From Candidatus Latescibacterota bacterium (GTDB taxonomy: Bacteria; Latescibacterota; UBA2968; UBA8231): a stretch of 64,000 bases of DNA. The notes under the pieces are model-generated. The model did not search any database and was not told the origin of the DNA. It worked only from the letters and a program-made list of their open reading frames with translations. The stretch covers positions 1,472,001 to 1,536,000 of the forward strand of contig OY730476.1 of assembly GCA_963422735.1 (NCBI GenBank), read 5' to 3'. Made by a program: the position numbers and the translations under genes. Below are positions 1 through 8,392 of this stretch, in pieces. Each line of letters opens with the position of its first letter. Positions within the stretch are counted from its first letter, which is position 1.

Positions 1-36
1 GTAGCGCGAATCTATGTTGAGGGGTTTTATTTTTGT

Positions 37-240
37 TAGGACTTACGCAATCACCATGCGTATAGCCGGAGCTTTGAGTTGTTGTCGCAAATAGTCCGAC
101 AACAACCCGTGCTTGACCTGATAAATGGTTTGCCCTGTTTGAGAGGCCACGTGCTCAAGTCGAATCCAAACTAACAACGCACACCCGATACGATTGCGCA
201 CAATGCGTACCAATCGACATTGACACCGTTCAAGGGCAGC
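37..240 (-). mobile_element. IS701-family transposase C-terminal remnant with right end
   Basis: ERCQCRLVRIVRNRIGCALLVWIRL...TIYQVKHGLLSDYLRQQL matches the IS701-type C-terminus and runs into GCGTAAGTCCTAA; the N-terminal part is missing. Confidence 0.65.
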
Positions 241-410
241 ACAAATTTTCCAAGGCTGGTCTTGGGTCCATGATATCCCTCCATTATTTGGTTGTTTGGA
301 GAAAAAAAAGGACACAAGGCCAGTCTTGTTTCAAGTGGTATGGGATAATCTCAGGTTACGACCGAAAATTCGCATGTAGTATAATCAGACAACAAGAGAG
401 GAGGGTGGCC

Positions 411-620
411 ATGCTCTGCTCCACGCCGGCTGTCAAGTTCACCTATGAGGACTATCAGCACACCCCGGATGACCAGCGCTACGAGTTATTGGACGGAGAA
501 TTGATCATGGCCCTCGCGCCCAACTTAGGACATCAGCGAATTAGCACCCAATTGGGATGGCGGCTCGCTCAATTCGTGGCGGAGAGGGGGCTAGGCGAGG
601 TCTTTTTCGCCCCCTGCGAC
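411..620 (+). pseudogene. Uma2/DUF820 family endonuclease, N-terminal fragment
   Basis: FTYEDY...RYELLDGELIM.AP..HQRI...GEVFFAPCD, then homology stops; GGAGG SD and TATAAT (380-385) upstream. Confidence 0.75.
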
Positions 621-725
621 GAGGCATTCAAAAGAGAGCCGCTGATCCGATTAGAGGGCGGGTGGGCCGATCTAAAAGAGCTTGAGAGCGTGGATGTCTC
701 ACCCGCTCACTCGCTGTCCAAGCAT

Positions 726-760
726 AAAAAAACCGGCCCCTTTTTTCGCTGGGGCCGGTT
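726..760 (-). terminator. Rho-independent terminator-like hairpin
   Basis: 10-bp stem AACCGGCCCC/GGGGCCGGTT with a T-run on the minus strand. Confidence 0.55.
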
Positions 761-764
761 AATC

Positions 765-967
765 CAAGAAACGCGCATGCTGCTGGTAGAAGGCTTTGAA
801 ATTACGATAGGGGGACTGATGAACCAAATCAACAGCGTCATGCTCTCGCTCAAACAGAGTTGACCCGCCCGACGACGCTGCCCGGTCGTGAATTGGTGGC
901 GTATCCACGGCTCTTCAAAGGCTTGGCAAAAGTCATCGATTTGGCAGAACAATTCGACTCAATTCAT
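765..967 (-). mobile_element. IS982-family transposase 5' remnant (stop and frameshift)
   Basis: MN*VELFCQIDDFCQAFE...LCLSESMTLLIWF, then HQSPYRNFKAFY in a shifted frame. Confidence 0.75.
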
Positions 968-1029
968 CGCGAGGGCTCCTCGATGGCTAGGCTTTATGGT
1001 GGGCATACCTACGTTTAGCCAAAAAGGAG

Positions 1030-1090
1030 TCCCGCTGCTTCCATCGCTTTTTAGGGCCGGTTTTTTTGGTTGATGGCAACAGGCAATTAA
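1030..1090 (-). mobile_element. IS982-family transposase 3' remnant
   Basis: Reads LIACCHQPKKPAL, resembling the IS982 C-terminal LIAYCHQPKKPSL. Confidence 0.6.
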
Positions 1091-3699
1091 TTCCCCGGAA
1101 TCCTGAGCAGGCGCGCACCAATAGTATAGCTGCGGGAGTCGGGCGAGTGGAAGTGACGATACGCCGACCGCACGCCGTTGAAATGGCCGAAGTGGCCACC
1201 CCGGATGACGCGACCAAGGCCGGATGTAGGCCCCGGGGGATCAACCTGAGGTGAGCTATTATAATAATCCTCGTCATACCAATCCTGAATCCACTCCCAA
1301 ACATTCCCGTGCATATCATACAAGCCCCAAGGATTCGGCTCCCTACCACCTACCGCTTTCGCTCCTTCATTAGGATAATTATTACCATGATACCACGCAT
1401 AATCCGTCAGTAGGCTCTCGTCATCCCCAAACGACCACCGCGTCTGCGTCCCCGCCCGACACGCATACTCCCACTCCGCCTCCGTCGGAAGACGATACAA
1501 TTCCTCGCCCGCTTCCGCATTCAGACGACCGATAAACTCATGCACTTCATCCCAAGAAATAATCACCGCCGGATGAGATGAATTTGCCTCAACTCTGGCT
1601 CGACCAGACCAAGGCTCTTTATCCATTACCGCCTTCCACTGACCCTGCGTGATCTCATATTTCCCCAACCAAAAACCACGACTAATCTCCACCTCATGCA
1701 CCGGACTTTCATCTTTCCGACCCGTATTCGACCCCATCTGAAACACCCCCGGCTCGATCCACACAAACTCCATTGACGCACCCTCCAGCAGCGAAAACGT
1801 ACGCTCTTCCCCCTCCGCCCCAGTACCAGAGTCATCCGCCCCAGTACCAGAGTCGTCCGCCCCAGTACCAGAGTCGTCCGCCCCAGTACCAGAGTCGTCC
1901 GCCCCAGTACCAGAGTCGTCCGCCCCAGTACCAGAGTCGTCCGCCCCAGTACCAGAGTCGTCCGCCCCAGTACCAGAGTCGTCCATCACATAAATCTCAA
2001 GATTGCCGCCGCGATTAAAGGCGATTTGGGCACCATCGGGAGACCAAGCAGGCTGCACACCTTCGGTTAGCCGCTCCTTATTTGAGCCGTCCACGTTCAT
2101 CACGTAAATGCCGCGGCTACCAGACGAGAAGGCGATTTGGGCACCATCGGGAGACCAAGTAGGAGTCCGATCATCACTACTATTGTAGGTTAGCCGCTCC
2201 TTATTTAAGCCGTCCTTATCCATCACGTAAATCTCATAATTGCCGGCGCGATTAGACGAGAAGGCGATTTGGGCACCATCGGGAGACCAAGCAGGCTGCA
2301 CACCTTCGGTTAGCCGCTCCTTATTTGAGCCGTCCTTATTCATCACGTAAATCTCATAATTGCCGGCGCGATTAGACGAGAAGGCGATTTGGGCACCATC
2401 GGGAGACCAAGCAGGCTCCTTACCTTCGGTTAGCGGCTCCCCATTTGAGCCGTCCTTATCCATCACCTGAATGGTGGTGACGATGCTGTCGCCAGACCGG
2501 AAGCTGCGCGAGAAGGCGATTCGGAGGCCATCGGGAGACCAAGCAGGCAGATCATCCGTAAATTCTTGGTTGGTTTCGGTTAGCCGCTCCTTATTTGAGC
2601 CGTCCTTATCCATCACGTAAATCTCATAATTGCCGGCGCGATTAGACGAGAAGGCGATTTGGGCGCCATCGGGAGACCAAGCAGGCTCCTTATTCGCGGC
2701 TTGGTCGGTTAGCTGGATACCTAAGTCGTCCGAAACCCGTTTCCCGCTCGCTATCCTTTGACCGATCCCCGCAGGCAGTGCCCCATCCAACGGATTCGAT
2801 ATATACCTCATAATCACCAGCACGTCAGTCTCATTGACTTCCCCATCGCCGTTGACATCCCCCAAGAGAATACTGCCGTTGTTCGGCATTGCAATAGACG
2901 GATTGGAGCTGTACATCACTGCGAGCATCGCGTCTTCCAGAACCACCTGCCCATCGTTATTCACATCCCCCAAAATTTCCCCTGCCAACACTTTGTCTCT
3001 CGTCAATGGTGCCGCATCCACTACCAACTCTACCTCTGCCATCCCCACTCGTACTCCAAAAGCTGCATCCGCGTAGGTCGTCAAGCCCTCGCCTGAAACA
3101 ACGAGACCATATTCCTGCTCCGCCGCGTCCGTGGACATAGTCGCCGCTGTCGAGGAAGCCTCCGCCACTATCCCCGCCTGCCCGTCAATGAGCACCATCC
3201 GCTGGGTCTGCCACCCTCCACCCACTGTCAACCGATAGAAATACACCCCAGCGGCCATCGCCTGTCCCGCCGCATCGGTCGCGTCCCACTTCGCCGCGTG
3301 AAAACCGGCCTGCCGCTCCGCGTCCACCAGCGTCGCAATATGCTGTCCCAACACGTTAAACACATCGAGCCGCACGTGCGTAGCCATGGGCAGTTGATAG
3401 GGGATCACGGTCGAAGGGTTGAATGGGTTGGGGTAATTCTGTCCTAGGGCAAATCCCTGCGGCAATGCCGGCCCGCCCAACGACGCCAGCGGCACCGCGA
3501 AATACCCGGACTCATCGGTCATCGCCCGTGCCACCGCGCCTTGATGCAAATCAGCCAAGTCAAAGAGCGTCACTTGTGCCCCGGCCACTGGCCGTCCATT
3601 GGCAAGCCGCACCTGCCCGGAAACAGTGGATGGCTGCGCCGTATGCGCTTGAACAGGAAGCATCAAGCCCATCAGAAATACTATTAGAAATCTCATCAA
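1087..3699 (-). CDS. Secreted multidomain protein: carboxypeptidase-regulatory-like domain with nested FlgD-Ig/CTD-like domain, dockerin, PD40 (TolB-like) repeats, low-complexity linker, C-terminal FGE-sulfatase (CLec) domain
   Basis: Signal peptide; QNYPNPFNPST; GDVNNDG/GDVNGDG; repeated PAWSPDG; RLPTEAEWEYACRAG and NPWGLYDMHGNVWEW. Confidence 0.85.
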   Translation of the reverse strand: MMRFLIVFLMGLMLPVQAHTAQPSTVSGQVRLANGRPVAGAQVTLFDLADLHQGAVARAMTDESGYFAVPLASLGGPALPQGFALGQNYPNPFNPSTVIPYQLPMATHVRLDVFNVLGQHIATLVDAERQAGFHAAKWDATDAAGQAMAAGVYFYRLTVGGGWQTQRMVLIDGQAGIVAEASSTAATMSTDAAEQEYGLVVSGEGLTTYADAAFGVRVGMAEVELVVDAAPLTRDKVLAGEILGDVNNDGQVVLEDAMLAVMYSSNPSIAMPNNGSILLGDVNGDGEVNETDVLVIMRYISNPLDGALPAGIGQRIASGKRVSDDLGIQLTDQAANKEPAWSPDGAQIAFSSNRAGNYEIYVMDKDGSNKERLTETNQEFTDDLPAWSPDGLRIAFSRSFRSGDSIVTTIQVMDKDGSNGEPLTEGKEPAWSPDGAQIAFSSNRAGNYEIYVMNKDGSNKERLTEGVQPAWSPDGAQIAFSSNRAGNYEIYVMDKDGLNKERLTYNSSDDRTPTWSPDGAQIAFSSGSRGIYVMNVDGSNKERLTEGVQPAWSPDGAQIAFNRGGNLEIYVMDDSGTGADDSGTGADDSGTGADDSGTGADDSGTGADDSGTGADDSGTGADDSGTGAEGEERTFSLLEGASMEFVWIEPGVFQMGSNTGRKDESPVHEVEISRGFWLGKYEITQGQWKAVMDKEPWSGRARVEANSSHPAVIISWDEVHEFIGRLNAEAGEELYRLPTEAEWEYACRAGTQTRWSFGDDESLLTDYAWYHGNNYPNEGAKAVGGREPNPWGLYDMHGNVWEWIQDWYDEDYYNSSPQVDPPGPTSGLGRVIRGGHFGHFNGVRSAYRHFHSPDSRSYTIGARLLRIPGN
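1814..1984. repeat. 21-bp tandem repeat x8 encoding (DDSGTGA)8
   Basis: TCCGCCCCAGTACCAGAGTCR repeated 8 times. Confidence 0.95.
1985..2710 (-). repeat. Near-identical DNA repeats encoding PD40 blades
   Basis: Six WSPDG blades with long stretches of DNA identity. Confidence 0.85.
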
Positions 3700-3714
3700 A
3701 GAATCTCCCTATTT

Positions 3715-3801
3715 ATGTGAGTTCGGGTTAACCGGCTTCTAGTTGGAATCGTCCATTGCTTTTTAGGCCGGTTTTTTAGGTTGGTGGCAATCGGTAATTA
3801 A
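3715..3801 (-). mobile_element. IS982 3' remnant with terminal sequence TAACCCGAACTCACAT
   Basis: LITDCHQPKKPA* followed by the IS982-type end CCCGAACTCAC. Confidence 0.65.
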
Positions 3802-3870
3802 TCCGGAATCCTGAGCAGGGGCATAAAATGGTATAGCTGCGGGGTAAGCGAATACTCCTCGTCATACCAA
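3798..3870 (-). pseudogene. Degenerate, internally deleted copy of the FGE gene 3' end
   Basis: Shares TCCTCGTCATACCAA, GTATAGCTGCGGG and CCGGAATCCTGAGCAGG with 1087-1282. Confidence 0.75.
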
Positions 3871-3946
3871 CTGATACGCTCCTTTTTAGGGAGATGGTGA
3901 GGGGGAGGAATGGAGCTAGATACACTAGCAGTTTGATGTAGAACGT

Positions 3947-3983
3947 TAAGTCCCGGCCAGACCTATTGCCCAGCCGGGACTTA
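3947..3983 (-). terminator. Stem-loop downstream of the 3993..4916 gene
   Basis: 11-bp stem TAAGTCCCGGC/GCCGGGACTTA. Confidence 0.6.
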
Positions 3984-3992
3984 TCACACAGG

Positions 3993-4916
3993 TTAATCGG
4001 CGAATGTCGCCTTGATACGGCCCCAAGAGGAAGTCTCAGTGGAAGAGACAGTCTTAGCCGCCGGCTGCCAATAAGGCGCAGAATCAATCACATAAGGATC
4101 AGGGTCCATAGCCGCCCGCTGCAAAAGCTGAACGCTGTCCCAGTTAAAATCCGCGTACTCAGTCTCTATCCCTGGTTCCGCACGTGCTTGCTCATCTAGT
4201 TCGTCCACAAAACCACCACCCTCATCAGGTGTGCGGATTCTAGAAGACTTCACCTTAATCGTAAACGAAATAATGCGAGAGGGAGAAAGCGCTAGGGACG
4301 CGTCGTGGATTTCAACCAAATTCCTGAAATGCTCATAAAACTCCTTGCGACAACGCCGCTTTCTCTCATCACAGGACCGAAAGTTTTGAGTGCCAGAAGC
4401 AGTCAGTCCGAAAGGCTCGTCTCCGTCCAGTTCGAAAAACTCTCTTAGGGTCTGTGCTTGGCCAATCCTTGCACCGGTATCGTACGTCCTCCCCTCAAGG
4501 AATAGAATATTCTTGAAAAGCGAATCCTTCCTAGCCTTAGCCGGGTCCTCCACATCCTTAGCTGCACCTAAAGGAATCCAAGACGGATACCAAGAGCTTG
4601 TACCATCTCCTCGATTCCTCAGATCCTCCCTTAAGAAAGCCTTAGCTGCTTCAATCCGATCCAGATTGTCCTGAGTCACCTGATCTATTTGCCATTTCCT
4701 CGCTGGAGTAAAATCACGCTCGAAAGTCACCCAAGTTAAAGGGTCCTTCCACTTGTCTATATACTCCAACACTTCCGGCGCAAGTTGCTCATCAATAGGA
4801 TCCACCATATAGAAAGCAACCGTCTCCCAAGTCTCCTCCTGAGCGAACGACACGTTCGGAGCGAACAACATGCAAAGAAAAAGGGCAACCATTCGGCCCC
4901 CGTTAAACGTAGCCAT
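3993..4916 (-). CDS. Secreted hypothetical protein with C-terminal SSWGRIKATF tail
   Basis: GAGGAGG SD; signal peptide ending SFA-QE; lower GC than flanks. Confidence 0.75.
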   Translation of the reverse strand: MATFNGGRMVALFLCMLFAPNVSFAQEETWETVAFYMVDPIDEQLAPEVLEYIDKWKDPLTWVTFERDFTPARKWQIDQVTQDNLDRIEAAKAFLREDLRNRGDGTSSWYPSWIPLGAAKDVEDPAKARKDSLFKNILFLEGRTYDTGARIGQAQTLREFFELDGDEPFGLTASGTQNFRSCDERKRRCRKEFYEHFRNLVEIHDASLALSPSRIISFTIKVKSSRIRTPDEGGGFVDELDEQARAEPGIETEYADFNWDSVQLLQRAAMDPDPYVIDSAPYWQPAAKTVSSTETSSWGRIKATFAD

Positions 4917-5084
4917 TGTTAGGCCTCCTCTAAGTCTTGCCAATAAGTGATTTTCAAGTAATCACCCTTTGGCGGTGTGATTGCCCATTTCAACCGATTA
5001 CTGAAACAGGCGACGAAAAATGCATTTGTAACCAATGGTGCTAGCAGCATAATTTTATTTTGAGGGGAGATGGGGGATAACGTA

Positions 5085-5100
5085 ACGTGAGTTCGGGTTA
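5085..5100 (-). mobile_element. Solo IS982-type terminal sequence
   Basis: ACGTGAGTTCGGGTTA, 15/16 identical to 3715-3730. Confidence 0.55.
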
Positions 5101-5265
5101 AGGGCCTCCTTTTTAGCTGCACTTGTAGGAAGTCCACTACACTGTACTACGACTGTCTAGCCATTGAGGCGTACAGACGAATCCCTCGCAGCGAAATCCA
5201 GCCCTACGACGTCCCCCGCCGACAGCAGCTAGAAATGCCGAGGATAGTTTCCGCTTATACGTAGG

Positions 5266-5356
5266 ACCTATCCCCCCCGGCCTCCTTGCCGACGCGGTAA
5301 GGAAGAGCGGTAGCCGTTCCCCCTTCCTGGGAGGAAGAGGGGCTAGGGGGGTAGGT
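5266..5356. repeat. REP-like palindromic dumbbell element
   Basis: ACCTATCCCCC...GGGGGTAGGT outer IR with internal hairpins such as CTTCCT-ggg-AGGAAG. Confidence 0.45.
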
Positions 5357-5390
5357 TGATGAGCGCTAGAACTTAGTGCTCGAGAAGAAT

Positions 5391-5414
5391 GGGGGGGGGG
5401 GGGGGGGGGGGGGG
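5391..5414. repeat. Poly-G run (24 nt)
   Basis: Homopolymer seen directly; may be an artefact. Confidence 0.9.
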
Positions 5415-5749
5415 TAACTTGTTGTTTTTTAACGACTTACGGCAATAAAATTCGACAACATTTTCAAGCATAGAACAAACCATCCCAGCAAGCGCCGCTC
5501 CCTGCGGTGGTATTCTTTCTAATTCTGATATTGAATTTGTGCCCATGCCCTGTTCATCCTAAAACGTTCCGCAATGTGTGAATTAGATTTTATAGCCTTC
5601 AAAACGAGATGTCAAGCAAAAGTTTTCCCAACCGCGAAATTCCTCTTACAATATATAGCCAATATAGCCGCCATGAACAGCGGCAGTTACAAGACGGGGA
5701 CATACCCGACCAAACGGTAGGTTCTTAGGCACTAAAAAAGGAGGATATC

Positions 5750-8392
5750 ATGGCTGGCGCGAAATCGTTGCAGCGGCTCTGCCGCCAAACCTTGCCGCTG
5801 ATGTTGCAGCAGGCGAATGGGCAGGAGATGATGGCGGCGGTGCGGGAAGTGGTCGCTACCGATCGCTGGAACTCGTTTGACCGCTTTCGCGAGACGACCG
5901 CAACGCTGGTGCGGCACTACGAGGCCGCCGGCGCACGCGTGGAGGTCGAGTCCATCCAGACCGGAGGGCGGCTTGGGTCGGGCCGATGGATCATCCGCGA
6001 GGCCGCCGATGTCGCGGGCGCGACCGTAGATGTGGTACATCCGCTCGCCGAGCGAGTGCTGAATTGGCAGGAGAATCCCTGGCACATCATCCAGTGGAGC
6101 GCGGCGACCCCGGCGAGCGGCTCGCGGCTGCGGCTAGTGATTCTCGATCGAGTTGAAGATATCCAACGACAGCCAACCGACGGACTCAGTGGTACAATCG
6201 CGCTGACCAAGCTAGACCCGCGCGCTCACCTCGGTCTTTTGGCCGCCAAGGGGGCCGCCGCAGTCATCACCGACCGGCCGGTGCCCAACCTGCCCGGCGC
6301 AGTGGCGTGGAGCAAATTCGGGTGGGGCGCAATTCCCCTAGAACATGCTGCGGCGCGGTTGGTGGGCTTTGCGATCTCTGAGCAGCAGGGGGAGCGGCTG
6401 CGGCGGCTCGCGCAGGAGCACGGCCCCTTAACCCTGCACGTAAGAGCCGACATCCGCAAATACGTCGGCAGCCACGACGTGGTCAGCGGCGTCATTGAGG
6501 GAGCAAGCGATCCACAGGACGAAGTGTGGGCCATTGCTCACAACGCCGAGCCGGGGGCCATAGACAACGCTTCGGGCGTGGCCACCACCCTAGAGATCGC
6601 TCGCGTGATCGAAGGGCTTATCCGGGCGGGAAAAATCGCGCGCCCCAAGCGCACCATTCGCCTGCTCAACGCCTATGAGTGCTATGGTTTTTTCGCCTAT
6701 CTAGAAAAGATGCGGCGCTTGCAGACCCCTTTGGCCGGCGCGTGTATCGACACGCTCGGCTCCCAGCCCGCCGTCTGCGATGGCCGGCTGGAGTGGCACG
6801 CAACGATTCCCATGTCGGCTGGTTTCGTCGACCGGGTCGGCGCGGCTATCTTGCGGGCCGGGGTGCGGCAACACAAGCCAGGCTATCGAGTGCATCTAGA
6901 GCGATTTATGTCGACGTCTGACACCTTGATCGGCGACCCCCAATATGGATTTCCCTGCCCTTGGATCACCACGCATCACCGCAAGAGCGGGCGCGGCTTC
7001 GACGCCTACCACTCTTCGGCCGACGTGGAAGCACTGCTCAGCCCGCAGGGGCTGGAGACCTGTGCGGCCTCAATGGCGGCCTATCTATACTATTTGGCCG
7101 ACATGGGCAGCCGCGAAGTGGAGGAGCTGGTCTGCACCGAAACCCAGTACTTTCTCGCGGCATTGCAAAAGAAAAAGCGGCCCCGAGCCGAGGCCGAATA
7201 CGTGCGCGAGGCGCACAGCCGCAGCGTGCGGCGGCTCGTGCGTTGGCTCTGGGGGGGCAATCGACGCGAGATCTTGGAGGCCATGGACGATAGCGAGCGG
7301 CAAGTGGCGGCCGCAGCCGCCGAGGCCGCGCTGCCGGGCAAGCGAGTGCGGCGCACGGCTCAAGCGCGGCTGGTGCCACGGCGCACGGCCGTACTCTCAC
7401 CGACAGCCGAGAATGCGCCGGCCGCGATCAATGCGCGCATCGCGGCCGCAAAGCTACCGCCATGGGCGCTGTTTTGGGCCGACGGACGCCGGAGTTTGGG
7501 CGAAATCGCCGAGCGCATCGCCTGCGAGGAAGCGGACTATCGGACCGGGCCTCGGGCAGGAGGCACCGTCGCTGTCGCTCGAGTACACGAGTACTTCGCA
7601 GCACACGCCGAATTGGGCTACGCCGAGTTGGTCGACCCGGTCAACGCGATCGGCTGCAGGGAACTAGTGAGGGATTTGCGCCGCTTGGGGGTCGCACCGG
7701 GTATGGACCTGATGGTACACAGCTCCCTATCGGCCATCGGCTTTGTGGAGGGCGGTGCCGAGACCGTCGTCGATGCGCTCTTGCAGGCGGTCGGCAAGCG
7801 CGGAACCCTACTGGCCCCTTCGTTCAATCACCGCGCGGCCGCGGTTTTCAACCCGCTAACCACGCCCACTACCAACGGCGCGATTCCAGACGCGCTGTGG
7901 CGTCGCACCGAGGCAGAGCGCAGCATGCATCCAACCCATGCGGTGGCGGCGATTGGGCCGCGGGCCAGCGACTATTGCCGCGGCCATCTCGAAGCCGGCA
8001 TCTGGGCCGCAGACAGCCCGATCGGCAAATTGGTGCACGACGGCGGCTACATCCTCGCACTGGGCACGACGCACGACACCAGCACGGCTTATCACGTGGC
8101 CGAGCTGTCCGTACCCTGCGGCTGCATCGCATCTTTTGCCCTCAAGGACCAGGTCGTGCGCGAAAATGGGACTGTGGACGAGGTCTTGGGGCTGGCCTTT
8201 CGCAGCGGCCCCTGCCCAGTCCCCACCCACAAGCTGGACTCAACGCTCGACCGGAGAAAGTTGCAGCGGCGGGGCAAGGTCGGGCAGGCCGAATGCGAAT
8301 TGGTGAAGGCCCACGACCTGTGGCGGGTGCGGCGCGAACACCTGCGGCACGTCTGTCCCACCTGCACCGTTAAGCCCCAAGCCACGCGGTGA
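5750..8392 (+). CDS. M28/DUF4910-like metallopeptidase (PA insert, wHTH) fused to AAC(3)-family N-acetyltransferase
   Basis: AHN..GAIDNASG, IDTLG, YHSSAD, DGRRSLGEIAE; then MVHSSLSAIG, RSMHPTHAVAAIG, HVAE; AGGAGG SD. Confidence 0.8.
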   Translation: MAGAKSLQRLCRQTLPLMLQQANGQEMMAAVREVVATDRWNSFDRFRETTATLVRHYEAAGARVEVESIQTGGRLGSGRWIIREAADVAGATVDVVHPLAERVLNWQENPWHIIQWSAATPASGSRLRLVILDRVEDIQRQPTDGLSGTIALTKLDPRAHLGLLAAKGAAAVITDRPVPNLPGAVAWSKFGWGAIPLEHAAARLVGFAISEQQGERLRRLAQEHGPLTLHVRADIRKYVGSHDVVSGVIEGASDPQDEVWAIAHNAEPGAIDNASGVATTLEIARVIEGLIRAGKIARPKRTIRLLNAYECYGFFAYLEKMRRLQTPLAGACIDTLGSQPAVCDGRLEWHATIPMSAGFVDRVGAAILRAGVRQHKPGYRVHLERFMSTSDTLIGDPQYGFPCPWITTHHRKSGRGFDAYHSSADVEALLSPQGLETCAASMAAYLYYLADMGSREVEELVCTETQYFLAALQKKKRPRAEAEYVREAHSRSVRRLVRWLWGGNRREILEAMDDSERQVAAAAAEAALPGKRVRRTAQARLVPRRTAVLSPTAENAPAAINARIAAAKLPPWALFWADGRRSLGEIAERIACEEADYRTGPRAGGTVAVARVHEYFAAHAELGYAELVDPVNAIGCRELVRDLRRLGVAPGMDLMVHSSLSAIGFVEGGAETVVDALLQAVGKRGTLLAPSFNHRAAAVFNPLTTPTTNGAIPDALWRRTEAERSMHPTHAVAAIGPRASDYCRGHLEAGIWAADSPIGKLVHDGGYILALGTTHDTSTAYHVAELSVPCGCIASFALKDQVVRENGTVDEVLGLAFRSGPCPVPTHKLDSTLDRRKLQRRGKVGQAECELVKAHDLWRVRREHLRHVCPTCTVKPQATR

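Noticed and set aside
726-1068. AAAAAAACCGGCCC / GGGCCGGTTTTTTT as IS terminal inverted repeats
   Set aside because: The left copy is one arm of a local hairpin and the right copy encodes the IS982 PKKPAL tail; no TSD seen.
1814-1984. CRISPR-like array
   Set aside because: No spacers; in-frame coding tandem repeat.
3798-3870. Possible DGR template repeat for the FGE gene
   Set aside because: Mismatches are not A-specific, most of the variable region is deleted and no RT is nearby; treated as a decayed duplicate.
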